NCBI GenBank assembly: GCA_905478465.1
Contig: CAJQIN010000002.1
Location: 24,312-88,311 of the forward strand
DNA length: 64,000 nt
Direction: 5' to 3'
Source: Minisyncoccota bacterium
Lineage (GTDB): Bacteria > Patescibacteriota > Minisyncoccia > Phycocordibacterales > CAJQIN01
Below, in pieces: positions 36,962 through 48,451 of the stretch. The translations under genes and the position numbers were made by a program. Under the pieces are notes generated by a model. The model had not been told where the DNA came from, did no database searches, and saw only the letters and a program-made list of their open reading frames with translations. Every line of letters starts with the position of its first letter. Within the stretch, counting starts at the first letter, position 1.

Positions 36962-39121
36962 CTAAGATTGTCTTGATTCTGCAATTTCTGTAGCTACATT
37001 TGGTGGAACAACATCATAATGATCAAATTCCATAGAAGCACTTGCACGTCCTGCGGACATTGAACGAAGTGTCGTAATATACCCAAACATTTCTGACAGA
37101 GGAACAAAGGCTTTCACCACTTGGTTCATACCCCTTTCTTCCATACCCTGAATTTGCCCTCGTTTTCCATTCAAATCTCCTGTAACGTCTCCCATGTATT
37201 GCTCTGGTGTTACCACTTCAAGCTTCATGATAGGTTCTAGAATAACAGGGTCTGCCATACGTGCTGCAGCCTGAAATGCTTGCGAAGATGCAATTCTGTA
37301 GGCAATTTCAGATGAATCCACATCATGACTTGATCCAAATGTAAGTTCACATGATACGTCGATTAACTTGTATCCGGCAACAATACCCCGATCCATTCCC
37401 TCTTTTACACCCTTTTCAACAGCAGGTATAAATTCTGCAGGAATAATACCTCCTTTAATAGAATCGATAAATTCAAACCCTTCTGATCGATGTACATTTT
37501 TAGGAAGTTTTCCACCCTCAGCAACAATTTCATTGTATTTAGACTCTGAAAGTGGCTTGATTGTAAGCTTCACGTGACCGTACTGTCCTTTACCTCCAGA
37601 CTGCTTGATATACTTCTCTTCTGCCTCAGCTGAACGTCGAATTGTTTCCATATAAGCAACTTGTGGGTTTCCAACATTTGCTTCAACAGCAAATTCTCGC
37701 TTCATTCTATCCACCATAACCTCTAGATGCAGTTCTCCCATACCTTGAATAACAGTTTCTCCCGTATCCTGATCAGTCTTAATATGAAATGTAGGATCTT
37801 CATCTGAAAGACGCTTTAGAGCCATTCCCATCTTCTCCTGATCTGCCTTTGTCTTTGGCTCGATTCTTAATGAAATAACAGGATCAGCAAATTCAATCTT
37901 GTCTAGAATAACAGGCTGGTTTTCATCACACAGAGTATGCCCGGTAATTGTGTCTTTCAACCCTACCGCTGCTGCAATTTCTCCTGCATAAACAGTCTTC
38001 ACTTCTTCTCGAGAGTTGGCATGCATTTTCAAAATACGTCCAACACGTTCTTTATTCCCCGTAATTGAATTGTACACATATGTACCAGATGACAATGATC
38101 CTGAATATACTCTTATATATGTTAGTTGTCCTACAAAAGGATCTGTTTGCAATTTAAAGGCAAGAGCTGAAAAAGGCTCTTCATCAGACGCTTTTCTTTC
38201 AACTTGCTCATCAGTCTTTGGGTCAATTCCTTTAATAGCAGGAACATCTAGAGGTGATGGTAAGTATTCTACTACAGCATCTAATATCAACTGCACACCT
38301 TTGTTTTTTAAAGCAGTTCCTGTGAAAACGGGAACAATTTGATTTGCAATCACTCCCTTTCGAAGAGCTGCCTTCAAATCAGCAAGAGGTATTTCTTCTC
38401 CTCCAAGATATTTCTCCATCATTTCCTCATCATTTTCAACAATCTTCTCAATAAATTCACCACGATACTTTTCAGCATCTGCTTTCATATCCTCTGGAAT
38501 ATCTTTTTCAACAATAGTACTTCCCATCTCTCCTTCGAAGTAATAAGCTTTCATTTTCAGAAGATCAATAACACCTTCAAATGCTTCTTCTGCACCGATA
38601 GGTAACTGAGCTCGCACAGCATGTGGCGTTAGGCGCTCAACAATGGAATTAAATGATCGGTCAAAACTTGCACCTGTTCGGTCAAGCTTGTTAATGAAAC
38701 AAATTCGTGGCACATGATACTTGTCAGCTTGTCGCCACACAGTCTCTGACTGTGGCTCAACACCAGCAACACCATCAAATACAACCACTCCTCCATCAAG
38801 AACCTTGAGTGATCGCTCTACTTCAACAGTAAAGTCTACGTGACCAGGAGTATCAATAATATTAAAACGATGTTTTAGCTCTGGATTCTCTTTGTCATAC
38901 GAAGGAGTCCAAAAACACGTCGTAGCAGCAGAGGTAATAGTGATACCTCGTTCTTTTTCTTGTTCCATCCAGTCCATGACAGCTTCTCCTTCATGCACTT
39001 CACCAATTTTGTGTGAAATTCCAGTATAAAAAAGTACACGTTCTGTTGTGGTAGTTTTTCCAGCATCAATGTGGGCAATGATTCCAATGTTTCGAACTCT
39101 TTCTAAAGGATAATCTCTCAT
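36962..39121 (-). CDS. fusA: Elongation factor G
   Basis: [31 protein letters not shown]. Confidence 0.99.
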   Translation of the reverse strand: MRDYPLERVRNIGIIAHIDAGKTTTTERVLFYTGISHKIGEVHEGEAVMDWMEQEKERGITITSAATTCFWTPSYDKENPELKHRFNIIDTPGHVDFTVEVERSLKVLDGGVVVFDGVAGVEPQSETVWRQADKYHVPRICFINKLDRTGASFDRSFNSIVERLTPHAVRAQLPIGAEEAFEGVIDLLKMKAYYFEGEMGSTIVEKDIPEDMKADAEKYRGEFIEKIVENDEEMMEKYLGGEEIPLADLKAALRKGVIANQIVPVFTGTALKNKGVQLILDAVVEYLPSPLDVPAIKGIDPKTDEQVERKASDEEPFSALAFKLQTDPFVGQLTYIRVYSGSLSSGTYVYNSITGNKERVGRILKMHANSREEVKTVYAGEIAAAVGLKDTITGHTLCDENQPVILDKIEFADPVISLRIEPKTKADQEKMGMALKRLSDEDPTFHIKTDQDTGETVIQGMGELHLEVMVDRMKREFAVEANVGNPQVAYMETIRRSAEAEEKYIKQSGGKGQYGHVKLTIKPLSESKYNEIVAEGGKLPKNVHRSEGFEFIDSIKGGIIPAEFIPAVEKGVKEGMDRGIVAGYKLIDVSCELTFGSSHDVDSSEIAYRIASSQAFQAAARMADPVILEPIMKLEVVTPEQYMGDVTGDLNGKRGQIQGMEERGMNQVVKAFVPLSEMFGYITTLRSMSAGRASASMEFDHYDVVPPNVATEIAESRQS

Positions 39122-39255
39122 AGTAATTTAAAATATAAATAATATTGTGTACTAATAATACGTACCCAAACGTTTTTTGCAACAGTCCATATACAACAAT
39201 AGTTTTTATAGAAATCTACAAAAACTATTTTAATTAAAAAGAATACTTTGTTTTT

Positions 39256-39726
39256 CTACCAAGCAAAGTGAGCAAAAGCCTTGTTTGCTTCAGCCATCTT
39301 GTGAGTATTCTCACGCTTCTTCACGGCTTCTCCCTCATTTTTACTTGCAAGAACAAGTTCTGTAGCAAGTTTTTTGTACATAGGCTTTCCTTTTCCTACT
39401 TTTGCAGCCTTAATAATCCATGTCATAGCAAGAAATATACGTCGATCTGTTCGTATTTCTCGTGGAACCTGATAGTTTGCTCCTCCCACTCGTCGAGAAC
39501 GAACCTCAACTTGTGGACCAGCATTTTGCAAAGCAAGTTCAAAAATCTCAAGGGGAACCTCTGTTTTTGCTTCTTTTTTTATCTCTTCAAAAGCACCGTA
39601 AACAATTTTTCGAGCTGTCTCCTTTTTTCCATGTAACATAACATGGTTAATGAATTTCTCTAATGACTCTGAATTGTAGACAGTGTCTGGAGAAACAATA
39701 TTTCGATTTTTTACTGGTCTTCGCAT
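39256..39726 (-). CDS. rpsG: Ribosomal protein S7
   Basis: RRVGGANYQVP, HKMAEANKAFAHF. Confidence 0.98.
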   Translation of the reverse strand: MRRPVKNRNIVSPDTVYNSESLEKFINHVMLHGKKETARKIVYGAFEEIKKEAKTEVPLEIFELALQNAGPQVEVRSRRVGGANYQVPREIRTDRRIFLAMTWIIKAAKVGKGKPMYKKLATELVLASKNEGEAVKKRENTHKMAEANKAFAHFAW

Positions 39727-39747
39727 AATAACTTAGTATATATAAAT

Positions 39748-40161
39748 TTAGTCTTTCTTTGGTCGTTTAGTACCGTATCGTGATCGAGCATTTTTTCGAT
39801 TCTCCACACCTGTTGCATCGAGCTTTCCTCGAACTACAGTATATCGAACACCAATATCCTTCACTCGTCCACCTCGTAATAGTACAACTGAGTGCTCTTG
39901 CAGGTTATGTCCCATACCTGGAATGTATGCTGTTACTTCCATTCCGTTAGTAAGTCGTACACGAGCAATTTTTCGAATAGCTGAGTTAGGTTTTTTAGGA
40001 GTCTTTGTTGTTACTTTTGTACACACCCCTCGCTTGAACGGAGAGTTGTAAATAGTAGGTCGGTTTTTAAGTGTATTGAACCCACGTCCAAGAGCCACGG
40101 TCTTCTTCTTTTGAATTCGACTTTGGCGTCCTTTTCGTACTAGTTGATTAACTGTTGTCAT
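39748..40161 (-). CDS. rpsL: Ribosomal protein S12
   Basis: [22 protein letters not shown]. Confidence 0.98.
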   Translation of the reverse strand: MTTVNQLVRKGRQSRIQKKKTVALGRGFNTLKNRPTIYNSPFKRGVCTKVTTKTPKKPNSAIRKIARVRLTNGMEVTAYIPGMGHNLQEHSVVLLRGGRVKDIGVRYTVVRGKLDATGVENRKNARSRYGTKRPKKD

Positions 40162-40353
40162 ATAAAATTAAAAACTGCCTAGATATGCAGTGACATGTAC
40201 TTTAATGCAAAGTAACAAATAATGCAAGCCTTTATATCTATCTATATAAAGAAGAGGATATAACAATCAAAAACCACCTCGAAGGGTGGTTTTCATCTTT
40301 ATATAAGCAACGTTATTATTTTTTAAATAAAGATGTTTTTAAAAGTACAAAAC

Positions 40354-40974
40354 CTAAATCACAATAGGCATACCCGTCATCAGCTTAAATATTCCTAATA
40401 TCACAGGAATAAACCATTGCCAAAGAAACAAAACAAAAATAATCACAAAAACAAAAGAATGTTTTTCTAGGAAAACCCGGATATGAGACAAACGCCTAGG
40501 TAGAGCAGTAAATAAAATCTTTGAACCATCAAGAGGCGGTATAGGGATAAGATTAAAGCAAGCAAGAACAATATTAATAAATACAACAAAAGCAGAAATC
40601 TTCACAAAAGAAGGTGATAGATTCAAATAACCACCATTCATACGCAAAATAACGCTAAATATGATAGCAACGGCAATATTTGTAAGAGGACCCGCCACAG
40701 CCACAATAGCATCTCCCCATTTATGAAATCGTTTGAAGTTATAAGGATTATATACAACAGGTTTTGCCCACCCCACAAGAAAACCTCCAAGAACGTAGAA
40801 CAACGTCGGTACAATAATAGAACCAAAAATATCAATATGCTTCAAAGGGTTCAGAGTAAGTCTCCCTTGTAATTTTGCAGTAGGATCCCCTAAAGCAAGA
40901 GCGGCATATCCATGAGCAACTTCATGAATAACGACAGACATCAAAAGAATAGCTAAAATAAAGATAAATTCCAT
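40354..40974 (-). CDS. Site-2 protease (peptidase M50)
   Basis: HEVAH, GDPT, AGP, FNLIPIPPLDG. Confidence 0.93.
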   Translation of the reverse strand: MEFIFILAILLMSVVIHEVAHGYAALALGDPTAKLQGRLTLNPLKHIDIFGSIIVPTLFYVLGGFLVGWAKPVVYNPYNFKRFHKWGDAIVAVAGPLTNIAVAIIFSVILRMNGGYLNLSPSFVKISAFVVFINIVLACFNLIPIPPLDGSKILFTALPRRLSHIRVFLEKHSFVFVIIFVLFLWQWFIPVILGIFKLMTGMPIVI

Positions 40975-41074
40975 AACAATGTTCAATATAATAACATAAT
41001 CTTTAAAAGATTTTCTAGTGGAATATACCAGCTATTGCATTATTTCCTTATATATATTAAAGTAACCCCTACTT

Positions 41075-41320
41075 ATGGCAAAAACATGCGCAATCACAGG
41101 TAAATCAGGTCAAATGGGTGGCGGGTACTCAAACAGTACGCGTGCAACGCAATTTAACCCGACTGGAAAACGACGTCGAAAGGCTAATATACAAAAGAAA
41201 CGTATTTTTGTACCTGAATTAAAAAAACACATTACTCTCCAAGTATCATCTCGAGGACTCAAAACTATCCAGAAGAATGGAGCTCATAGTGCGCTCACAA
41301 AAGCAGGCGTAATTAAATAA
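41075..41320 (+). CDS. rpmB: Ribosomal protein L28
   Basis: MAKTCAITGK, RRRKANIQKKR, VSSRGLKTI. Confidence 0.92.
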   Translation: MAKTCAITGKSGQMGGGYSNSTRATQFNPTGKRRRKANIQKKRIFVPELKKHITLQVSSRGLKTIQKNGAHSALTKAGVIK

Positions 41321-41348
41321 AAAAACAATCGGTTATCCGATTGTTTTT

Positions 41349-42194
41349 TTATTCCCTCCACCATCCCTTTCCATCAGACACGAAACTAATATTCCCCTCT
41401 TTTGAGGTTTCTAAATATTCCACCTCAAAATTATCTAATATATCCAAAACTTCTTGATGTGGGTGTCCATAACGATTACCCTCTCCTGCAGATATAACAA
41501 CCTCTTCCGGAGAAACTTTTTGCAAGAATATTTCTGATGTAGAAGTTCGTGAACCATGATGCCCTAATTTGAGAATATCACTCTGGAGTAAACTACCTTC
41601 TAAAGGAATAAGATATTCCTCCACAGAAATAGATGCATCACCAGTAAGCAGAAAGCTCACTTCTCCATATATAACCTTTGCCACAATAGAGCCCCCATTT
41701 CCGCCACTCACAGCATACTCCTCAGGAAAAAGTATCTGCACATACACACTTTCACCCATATCAATAAGCATTCCTCTTTCAGCATAGACAACGTCAGAGC
41801 CTTCACCCAAAACAGCCTGCTCAAAAGTTTCAAAAATATGCGTACCAGATGAAGCTTTTGTACGTAATACACCTGAAATGCTGTACCGATCAAACACAGC
41901 CGCAGATCCTCCCACATGATCAGCATCCGGATGCGTTATCATCATAATATCAATATCTCTATCAAAAAAAGACATTTCTTTTCCCAAAGCACGTAATACG
42001 GATTGATTTGGACCTGTATCAATAAGCATCTGCACACCTGATGGTGATGTGATAAGAATAGAATCACCCTGACCAACATCAAGAAAGGTAACAATTAAAA
42101 ACTCTTTACTCGAGCCAGAAAGTGAGTACCAAAAAAGCACACCCACACAAAAACTCAAGACACTACACACAAAAAACCTTCTAGAAAATAGCAT
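41349..42194 (-). CDS. ComEC/Rec2-type metallo-beta-lactamase domain protein
   Basis: DVGQGD, THPDADHVGG, LTGDA, GHHGS, YGHPH. Confidence 0.92.
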   Translation of the reverse strand: MLFSRRFFVCSVLSFCVGVLFWYSLSGSSKEFLIVTFLDVGQGDSILITSPSGVQMLIDTGPNQSVLRALGKEMSFFDRDIDIMMITHPDADHVGGSAAVFDRYSISGVLRTKASSGTHIFETFEQAVLGEGSDVVYAERGMLIDMGESVYVQILFPEEYAVSGGNGGSIVAKVIYGEVSFLLTGDASISVEEYLIPLEGSLLQSDILKLGHHGSRTSTSEIFLQKVSPEEVVISAGEGNRYGHPHQEVLDILDNFEVEYLETSKEGNISFVSDGKGWWRE

Positions 42195-42237
42195 ATGTTA
42201 CACTAGAATATATCATTATCTATGTAACATAAAAAAT

Positions 42238-42831
42238 ATGTACCCAGAACAAACATTCAACATCCCACAGCTACAAGGAATTTCACAAACAACTACAGAA
42301 GAACACCTCAAACTATATGCAGGGTATGTAAAAAATACCAACCTTGTACTTCAAAAAATATCTGAACTTTCAAAAGATGAAAGTACAAATGTATACACCC
42401 TCGGAGAACTTCAGAGACGATTCTCTTTTGAATTCAATGGCATGAAAAATCATGAAATATTTTTCAAATCATTTGAAGGTGGACCTTCTGAACTTTCTGC
42501 AGACAGTTCTCTAAAAGAAAAAATTACAAATACTTGGGGATCATACGACATATGGCTTTCTCGTTTTAAAGCCATCGCAAAAACTCGAGGAATTGGCTGG
42601 GCAATACTCTCATACGACAAACAGACAGATACTCTAATAAACAGCTGGACTGACGAACAACATATCGGACAACTAATAGGAGTCACTCCGATACTAATGA
42701 TCGATATGTGGGAACATTCTTTTGTCGCAGACTATCAACCAAGCGGCAAAGGAAATTACATTGAAGATTTTTTCAAAAACCTTAACTGGCAAAATATTGA
42801 AAAAAACTTTTCTGAAGCGCAGAATAAATAA
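42238..42831 (+). CDS. Fe/Mn superoxide dismutase-family protein
   Basis: EEHLKLYAGYV, NHEIFF, GIGW, DMWEHSF. Confidence 0.9.
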   Translation: MYPEQTFNIPQLQGISQTTTEEHLKLYAGYVKNTNLVLQKISELSKDESTNVYTLGELQRRFSFEFNGMKNHEIFFKSFEGGPSELSADSSLKEKITNTWGSYDIWLSRFKAIAKTRGIGWAILSYDKQTDTLINSWTDEQHIGQLIGVTPILMIDMWEHSFVADYQPSGKGNYIEDFFKNLNWQNIEKNFSEAQNK

Positions 42832-42871
42832 TATAAAAAATACCTAGAAGAAAAATCTTCTAGGTATTTTT

Positions 42872-44281
42872 TTATTTAAACTTCCACACAATAAAAAGTA
42901 AGCCTGCATACATAAGTGCCACCATCCACAAAGAAAATTGTGGAACCGAAACTGCCGCATACGGCAGACTGGCTGATACGTGTACAATCCACAACTCATA
43001 CCCAAGAAGAAAATACGCAGGAACAGCGATAACTTGCAAAGGAAATATTCCTGATATAAAAGACGCAAGCATTGCCAAAGGAACACTCGGAAGAACCAAC
43101 AGATTCGATACAAAAGAAATAATAGATACATTCCCCACCTGATACACCAGCCACGGCATAACAAAAATTTGTGCTGAAAAAGTTGTCATAATAATTTCTC
43201 GAAGTCCAATTTTTTTTGGTACCCAATAAAATATTTTCTCTGCCACAGGCGTAAATGAGATCAGACCAAAGGTAGCGATAAAAGAAAGCTGAAAAGAAAT
43301 ATCACTCGAAAGTATTTTTGGATTATGAAGTACCATAAAAAATCCTGCTAAGAAAAGTGCTCGAATGGCATCATACGGTCTTCCTGTATAACGAGCCACG
43401 AGAGCCAAAAGTCCCATAATAGTGGCACGAATTACAGTAGCCCCTCCGCCAACAAGAAGTGCAAAAAGTACCATTCCCACAGCACTAAAAATACTAGCCA
43501 CAACAAGAGGAAGAAAACCGAGTAGTACAAAAAAGGTTTCAGCAATGATGGTAAGGTTGTACCCAGAAAGAACAATGATATGAGAAAGTCCTGCGATACG
43601 AAACTCATTTTCAACATCTTTTCCTAAGGACTGTTTTTCTCCGAGAAGAATACCCCCAGCAAGAGAGGAATGTGGTTCAGGCAAAACATACTGTATATTT
43701 TTCACAAACCAATTTTTCACCCCATCAAGAAATGATCCCCGAGATAATCCACCCATGCTCATTCTCTCTATCGCATCTGGTTTTGATATTTCCAAAAAAA
43801 TATTATCTTTCGACAAATACGTTTCATAATCAAATATTCTCCCATTATCTGTTTCAAAATTTTCAGGTTTTTTTGCTATTCCAGATACTCGCAACCTATC
43901 TCCATATCGAATATCAGAATACATCTCATCCCATATGAGCACACGGAAGTGTTTTATCTCATCGAGAGAGAGGATAATGCGTGTGCGATACTCTCTTTGT
44001 TCTGGCGAAGAAATAACAGTTCCTTCAAGTGAAACACTCTCTCCGTTCCACCTTTCAGAGAAAGCGTGGGGTGTTGTGTCTATAAAAAAATACCTCGCTT
44101 GCCCAAGACCCAAACACATACATATAAGGAAACACACACCAAGATATTTTGCAGGCAAACCTTTTAAATACAAAAACAAACCGTATAAAAATAATATCAC
44201 TGATACCAAACACACAAAAAGAAAAAAAGTTTTGTTGTGAAACAAAACTCCTAAACAAAATGCGATAACAAAAAAATACAT
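42872..44281 (-). CDS. comEC: ComEC competence membrane channel (OB plus competence domain)
   Basis: GLSHIIVLSGYN, RATIM, SFQLSF. Confidence 0.92.
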   Translation of the reverse strand: MYFFVIAFCLGVLFHNKTFFLFVCLVSVILFLYGLFLYLKGLPAKYLGVCFLICMCLGLGQARYFFIDTTPHAFSERWNGESVSLEGTVISSPEQREYRTRIILSLDEIKHFRVLIWDEMYSDIRYGDRLRVSGIAKKPENFETDNGRIFDYETYLSKDNIFLEISKPDAIERMSMGGLSRGSFLDGVKNWFVKNIQYVLPEPHSSLAGGILLGEKQSLGKDVENEFRIAGLSHIIVLSGYNLTIIAETFFVLLGFLPLVVASIFSAVGMVLFALLVGGGATVIRATIMGLLALVARYTGRPYDAIRALFLAGFFMVLHNPKILSSDISFQLSFIATFGLISFTPVAEKIFYWVPKKIGLREIIMTTFSAQIFVMPWLVYQVGNVSIISFVSNLLVLPSVPLAMLASFISGIFPLQVIAVPAYFLLGYELWIVHVSASLPYAAVSVPQFSLWMVALMYAGLLFIVWKFK

Positions 44282-44291
44282 CCCTCTCTAC

Positions 44292-44996
44292 TTACAACTT
44301 CTTGTATGTTTCTATAATATCTTTTTCATCAGAAGGGCTAAAAGATTTTTTGAATCGTGCACCAGAAGTTCCTTTGACTCGTTTCTCTGTTTCTGCCCAT
44401 GTGGCATGTATCTGAACATCTCCATTAACACAACTCACATATGAATATGCTTTTTTTCCTGAATTACTTTTCCCTTTCTTTTTTTCATGTGTCACCGAAA
44501 GATTAGCTAGATCAACTCCATACCCTTCCAAGCTTCCCTTATACAAAGTGACATCTTTTCCTTCTGCCAAATTTGAAGCGATTTCATCTACCCGTTCATT
44601 TCCGGCAATTCCACTATGTCCAGGAATGTGAATAATCTCCACATCATGCACTTCAAGAAAGGTATCAATATCTTCCCACAACCCCTGATGAGTAACTGGT
44701 GTTTTTGCTTTTGTCATCCAACCATTTGCCTTCCATGAAGCAACCCATCTATTCACACCATTCATCACGTACTTTGAATCCATATATACTTTTATCTTTT
44801 GATCCTGTGATTTCACATTTCGTAATCCTTCTAACAAAGCCAAAAGTTCCATTTCATTATTTGTGGTATTTGCTTTAGCACCACCAAGTTCAGTAACAAT
44901 TTCAGGTGTGGCCACAATAGTTCCCCACCCGCCTTTACCCGGATTTCCTTTTGAAGCTCCGTCGGTAAAAATAACAATGCTGTCAGTTTTTTTCAT
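44292..44996 (-). CDS. rnhA: Ribonuclease HI with C-terminal hybrid-binding-like domain
   Basis: FTDGASKGNPG, TNNEMEL, DSKY, GHSG..GNERVD. Confidence 0.93.
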   Translation of the reverse strand: MKKTDSIVIFTDGASKGNPGKGGWGTIVATPEIVTELGGAKANTTNNEMELLALLEGLRNVKSQDQKIKVYMDSKYVMNGVNRWVASWKANGWMTKAKTPVTHQGLWEDIDTFLEVHDVEIIHIPGHSGIAGNERVDEIASNLAEGKDVTLYKGSLEGYGVDLANLSVTHEKKKGKSNSGKKAYSYVSCVNGDVQIHATWAETEKRVKGTSGARFKKSFSPSDEKDIIETYKKL

Positions 44997-45009
44997 ATCA
45001 GATATCATA

Positions 45010-46674
45010 CTACATACAATCAATAATTCTCAAACGTCTTTCTTTTCTTCCGGCGAAAAATGACTCTTCTAAATTTGCAATGAGTGTTAAAGGTTTTCCA
45101 ATTTCTGGAATTTTTTCAAAAGAATCTTGGGTCATAAAAAAACCAATTGACCGAATACTTCCGAATTGTAATTCCAAATGGTTCTTTCCCGCTCCAAATA
45201 ATTTTATATTTGTTGGTGTAATATTTTTAAACATAAATACTGGTTTTGGATTACCAACACCAAAAGGAGAAAGCTTTGACACCACAGCAAAAAGTCTTGG
45301 GTTAATATCTTGTAAAGAAAGTTCTGCATCAATCCACTCTGGCTCTCTCTCAGATGCAGACTGATTTAAGGTGTCACAGGAGAGACAGAGTTTTTCTTCT
45401 AATGTATGAATGTGTTCCTGGTCAACAGCAAATCCTGCTGCCATCTTGTGTCCACCATAGTGAGTAAAAGAATCAGCAGTTCCATTCATAACATCAATAA
45501 GACTGACTGACCCATCAGAACGACACGAACCTTTCAAATCTCCTTCACCTTCTCTTCCCCAAAGAAAGACAGGCTTGTTATGTTCCTCCGCAAGCTTGTT
45601 CGCCACAAGACCAAGGACCGAAGGTTTCCAGTCAGGATCTCCTGCAACAATGACACTTCCTAAGGTTTCTCTTTTTTTTATTTTCGCATGAACCTTTCTA
45701 ACCAAAGAAGCAACAAGGGCTTTCCGCTCATCATTTATTTTTGATAAATGCTTAAACTGCACTCCTGCCTCAACTTCATTTTCTGCCACAAGTAATTTAA
45801 ATGCATCATCTGGATGCCCCATTCGAGATGCGGCATTGATACGAGGAGTGATAAGAAAACCAATATCATCTTCCGACACTGTAGCTTTATTTATCTTTAA
45901 CCCTTTACACATTTGCAAAAAAGCAGGTCGCGGAGTTTTTCTCAAAACCATGAGTCCATAATGAGCAAATATCCTATTCTCCCCAACCAAAGGAACCATG
46001 TCTGAAAGAGTGGCAAGCCCAACCAAATCTAGCCACCATTTCTCCATCCCTTTTTTCAAACCGAAATCTCTTGTTGTCAAAATTGCTTGAATAAATTTGT
46101 ATGCCACTCCACTACCACAAAGCTCCTTAAACGGATATTCACAATCCAATCTCTTCGGATCAAGGACGGCAACAGCTACAGGAAGCTCTCCATTTGGTTC
46201 ATGATGATCTGTAATGATCACATCCATACCAAGATCATTAGCTTTTTGAACCTCTTCATTTGCAACAATGCCCACATCAATAGTAATAATTAGATGTGTT
46301 CCATCTTTAGCAAACTCTTCAATTGCTTCCAAATGAAAACCATACCCCTCATCATTTCGATGTGGAATATAATTCACAAAATTTTCATAACCAATCTTCT
46401 TTAGAAAATCATAAAAGAGTGCACCACCTGGAATACCATCAGCATCAAAATCACTGTATATAACAATTCTTTCCTTCTTCTCAACCGCTTCCAAAAAGCG
46501 TTTCACTGCAATATCCATATCTTTCATGAGAAACGGATCATGTGTATGAGCATCGTAATCGGGAGAGAGAAAAGATTCTACATCTTTTTCTTCTGTTATT
46601 CCTCGGGTAGCAAGCAAATGTGCAGTCAATTCATTATCAATATCTCGACGTTTTCGTAGTTCATAGCGTTCCAT
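45010..46674 (-). CDS. recJ: ssDNA exonuclease RecJ
   Basis: DFDADG, TDHH, PRINAASR, GSCRS, GGHKMAAG, PFGVGNP. Confidence 0.96.
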   Translation of the reverse strand: MERYELRKRRDIDNELTAHLLATRGITEEKDVESFLSPDYDAHTHDPFLMKDMDIAVKRFLEAVEKKERIVIYSDFDADGIPGGALFYDFLKKIGYENFVNYIPHRNDEGYGFHLEAIEEFAKDGTHLIITIDVGIVANEEVQKANDLGMDVIITDHHEPNGELPVAVAVLDPKRLDCEYPFKELCGSGVAYKFIQAILTTRDFGLKKGMEKWWLDLVGLATLSDMVPLVGENRIFAHYGLMVLRKTPRPAFLQMCKGLKINKATVSEDDIGFLITPRINAASRMGHPDDAFKLLVAENEVEAGVQFKHLSKINDERKALVASLVRKVHAKIKKRETLGSVIVAGDPDWKPSVLGLVANKLAEEHNKPVFLWGREGEGDLKGSCRSDGSVSLIDVMNGTADSFTHYGGHKMAAGFAVDQEHIHTLEEKLCLSCDTLNQSASEREPEWIDAELSLQDINPRLFAVVSKLSPFGVGNPKPVFMFKNITPTNIKLFGAGKNHLELQFGSIRSIGFFMTQDSFEKIPEIGKPLTLIANLEESFFAGRKERRLRIIDCM

Positions 46675-46696
46675 ATATTATGCTAGTATAACAGGA

Positions 46697-47098
46697 ATGA
46701 GTGATTCTATTTTCACAAAAATTATTAAACGAGAGATTCCTGCAGATGTCATTTATGAAGATACGAAAGTCATCGCTTTTCTTGATATTAATCCTGTAAA
46801 CCAAGGACACACGCTCCTTGTGACAAAAGAACCTTACACCTGGATGAGTGATGTGCCTGATGAACTACTCCAATATGCTTTTACCAAAGCTAAAGAACTA
46901 ATGATCCCTCTCAAAGAAGCGACCAAAGCTGATTTTGTGGCAGTACTTGTAATGGGAATTGACGTCCCCCACTTCCACATCAATCTTGTACCAAGAAAAT
47001 ACACTGACAAACCCCATTCTCTCTGGCCGACAAAAAAATACAAATACGGCGAAGCCAAAACAATTGCAGAAAAAATTAAAATAAATCTCTCGAAATAA
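46697..47098 (+). CDS. HIT-family protein
   Basis: SIFTKII, FLDINP, GHTL, VPHFHIN (third His is Asn). Confidence 0.88.
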   Translation: MSDSIFTKIIKREIPADVIYEDTKVIAFLDINPVNQGHTLLVTKEPYTWMSDVPDELLQYAFTKAKELMIPLKEATKADFVAVLVMGIDVPHFHINLVPRKYTDKPHSLWPTKKYKYGEAKTIAEKIKINLSK

Positions 47099-47199
47099 TT
47101 CGAGAGTTTTTTAAAAAATTAGATATAAAAATGCCCCCCAGTACACGAAGTACTGGAGGGCGAATAGAACGACTTCTCATGAAACTCGTGGTTTACGAG

Positions 47200-47607
47200 T
47201 CACATAAGCTTAAGCCATGGCAGACGATAATCAAAAGAAGAAAGACACTGAACACATTTCGAGTGTGCTCGGATACCTTCCTTATCCTGGAGGTTGGCCG
47301 GTTCCGTCATTGCCCGTGTAAATTCCAGACTCTCATGAGTAGGAATCCATGAACGAGCATTTGAACCACCCCGTTCGATATGGCAATTTTGCGGATTGAC
47401 GATGCTGAAGATGGACTGCTGAGTCCTGGCCATGCTGCTGAGACTGTCTCCTAAAATTGTAAAATTTTTCATCATCGGCGGCGCCGGACCAACGTCCGAT
47501 GCCAGCATCACTTGCTGACCTCCGAACGTATCTGCGTTCACGACTTCACTCGTGAACATCATCGCCATCAAACAGATGGCAAGCATACAAAGAACAAAAC
47601 GCTTCAT
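47200..47607 (-). CDS. Secreted hypothetical protein
   Basis: Signal peptide, AAGGAG, TTGACA upstream. Confidence 0.65.
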   Translation of the reverse strand: MKRFVLCMLAICLMAMMFTSEVVNADTFGGQQVMLASDVGPAPPMMKNFTILGDSLSSMARTQQSIFSIVNPQNCHIERGGSNARSWIPTHESLEFTRAMTEPANLQDKEGIRAHSKCVQCLSSFDYRLPWLKLM

Positions 47608-47757
47608 AAGAATCTCCTTTTCTTCTGACAGAAGCCTTAGTTAGCAACACGCTGTTACCAACATAAACTGATGTTAACACAAGTTAATTTTATGTCAAGT
47701 GATAATAAAAATACCCTCGGTTCCTTTTCGGTTCCGAGGGTTAAAATAAACATACTC

Positions 47758-48330
47758 TTATTTTACTAAGCGCAAACGTGGTCGCACTAAAAGCAAATAT
47801 AGCATCGGAGTATCAATTACCACGAACATAACAGGTGGTGCTACAGAAGCAAAAGTCATACTTGAAATAGCAAGAACACCAAATAAATTAGCGGTGTTGA
47901 AGATAACCCAAGATTTTGCATCTTCCTTTTCTGGACATTTCCATGCAGAAACATACATTGGCCAAGCTGCAATAAATAATGCACTCAGACTTAATGCTAT
48001 GCCCACATTTTTTGTACTAAAAAAACTACCAACGATAGCCATCAAGGAAATAGTTACACATAATTTGTCCCGGACGTCCCAACCATTTTCTCCTTTTTTT
48101 ATAGAAAGACAAAAAACAATAACAGCTCCAAGAGTTGCCCCCACAATAAGACCATTAACCTTACCTGTCAAAAACATTCCCGACAATACGATCACATCAT
48201 TGAGCGCCCAAATTAACCAAGTTACTTTCTTTGGCACTGTTTTTCCGACAACAATAGATCGGACATACGGGAAAAAAGCAAACAAAAATAGCAAACCAGC
48301 AAGGATCGAAAAAATATTATTTAATGACAC
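47758..48330 (-). CDS. Multi-pass membrane protein (PQ-loop-like duplication)
   Basis: FPY...TW and WPM...SW half-repeats; GGAGG before GTG. Confidence 0.7.
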   Translation of the reverse strand: MSLNNIFSILAGLLFLFAFFPYVRSIVVGKTVPKKVTWLIWALNDVIVLSGMFLTGKVNGLIVGATLGAVIVFCLSIKKGENGWDVRDKLCVTISLMAIVGSFFSTKNVGIALSLSALFIAAWPMYVSAWKCPEKEDAKSWVIFNTANLFGVLAISSMTFASVAPPVMFVVIDTPMLYLLLVRPRLRLVK

Positions 48331-48451
48331 AGGTCACCTCCAAATATCTAGATTTTAAAGAACTTTTGTTACGGGCACACATGCCCCGACCTATTCAAAT
48401 ATATCACACAAAATACTCATTTGTCAACCATAAAAACAGGCACTCAAAACA

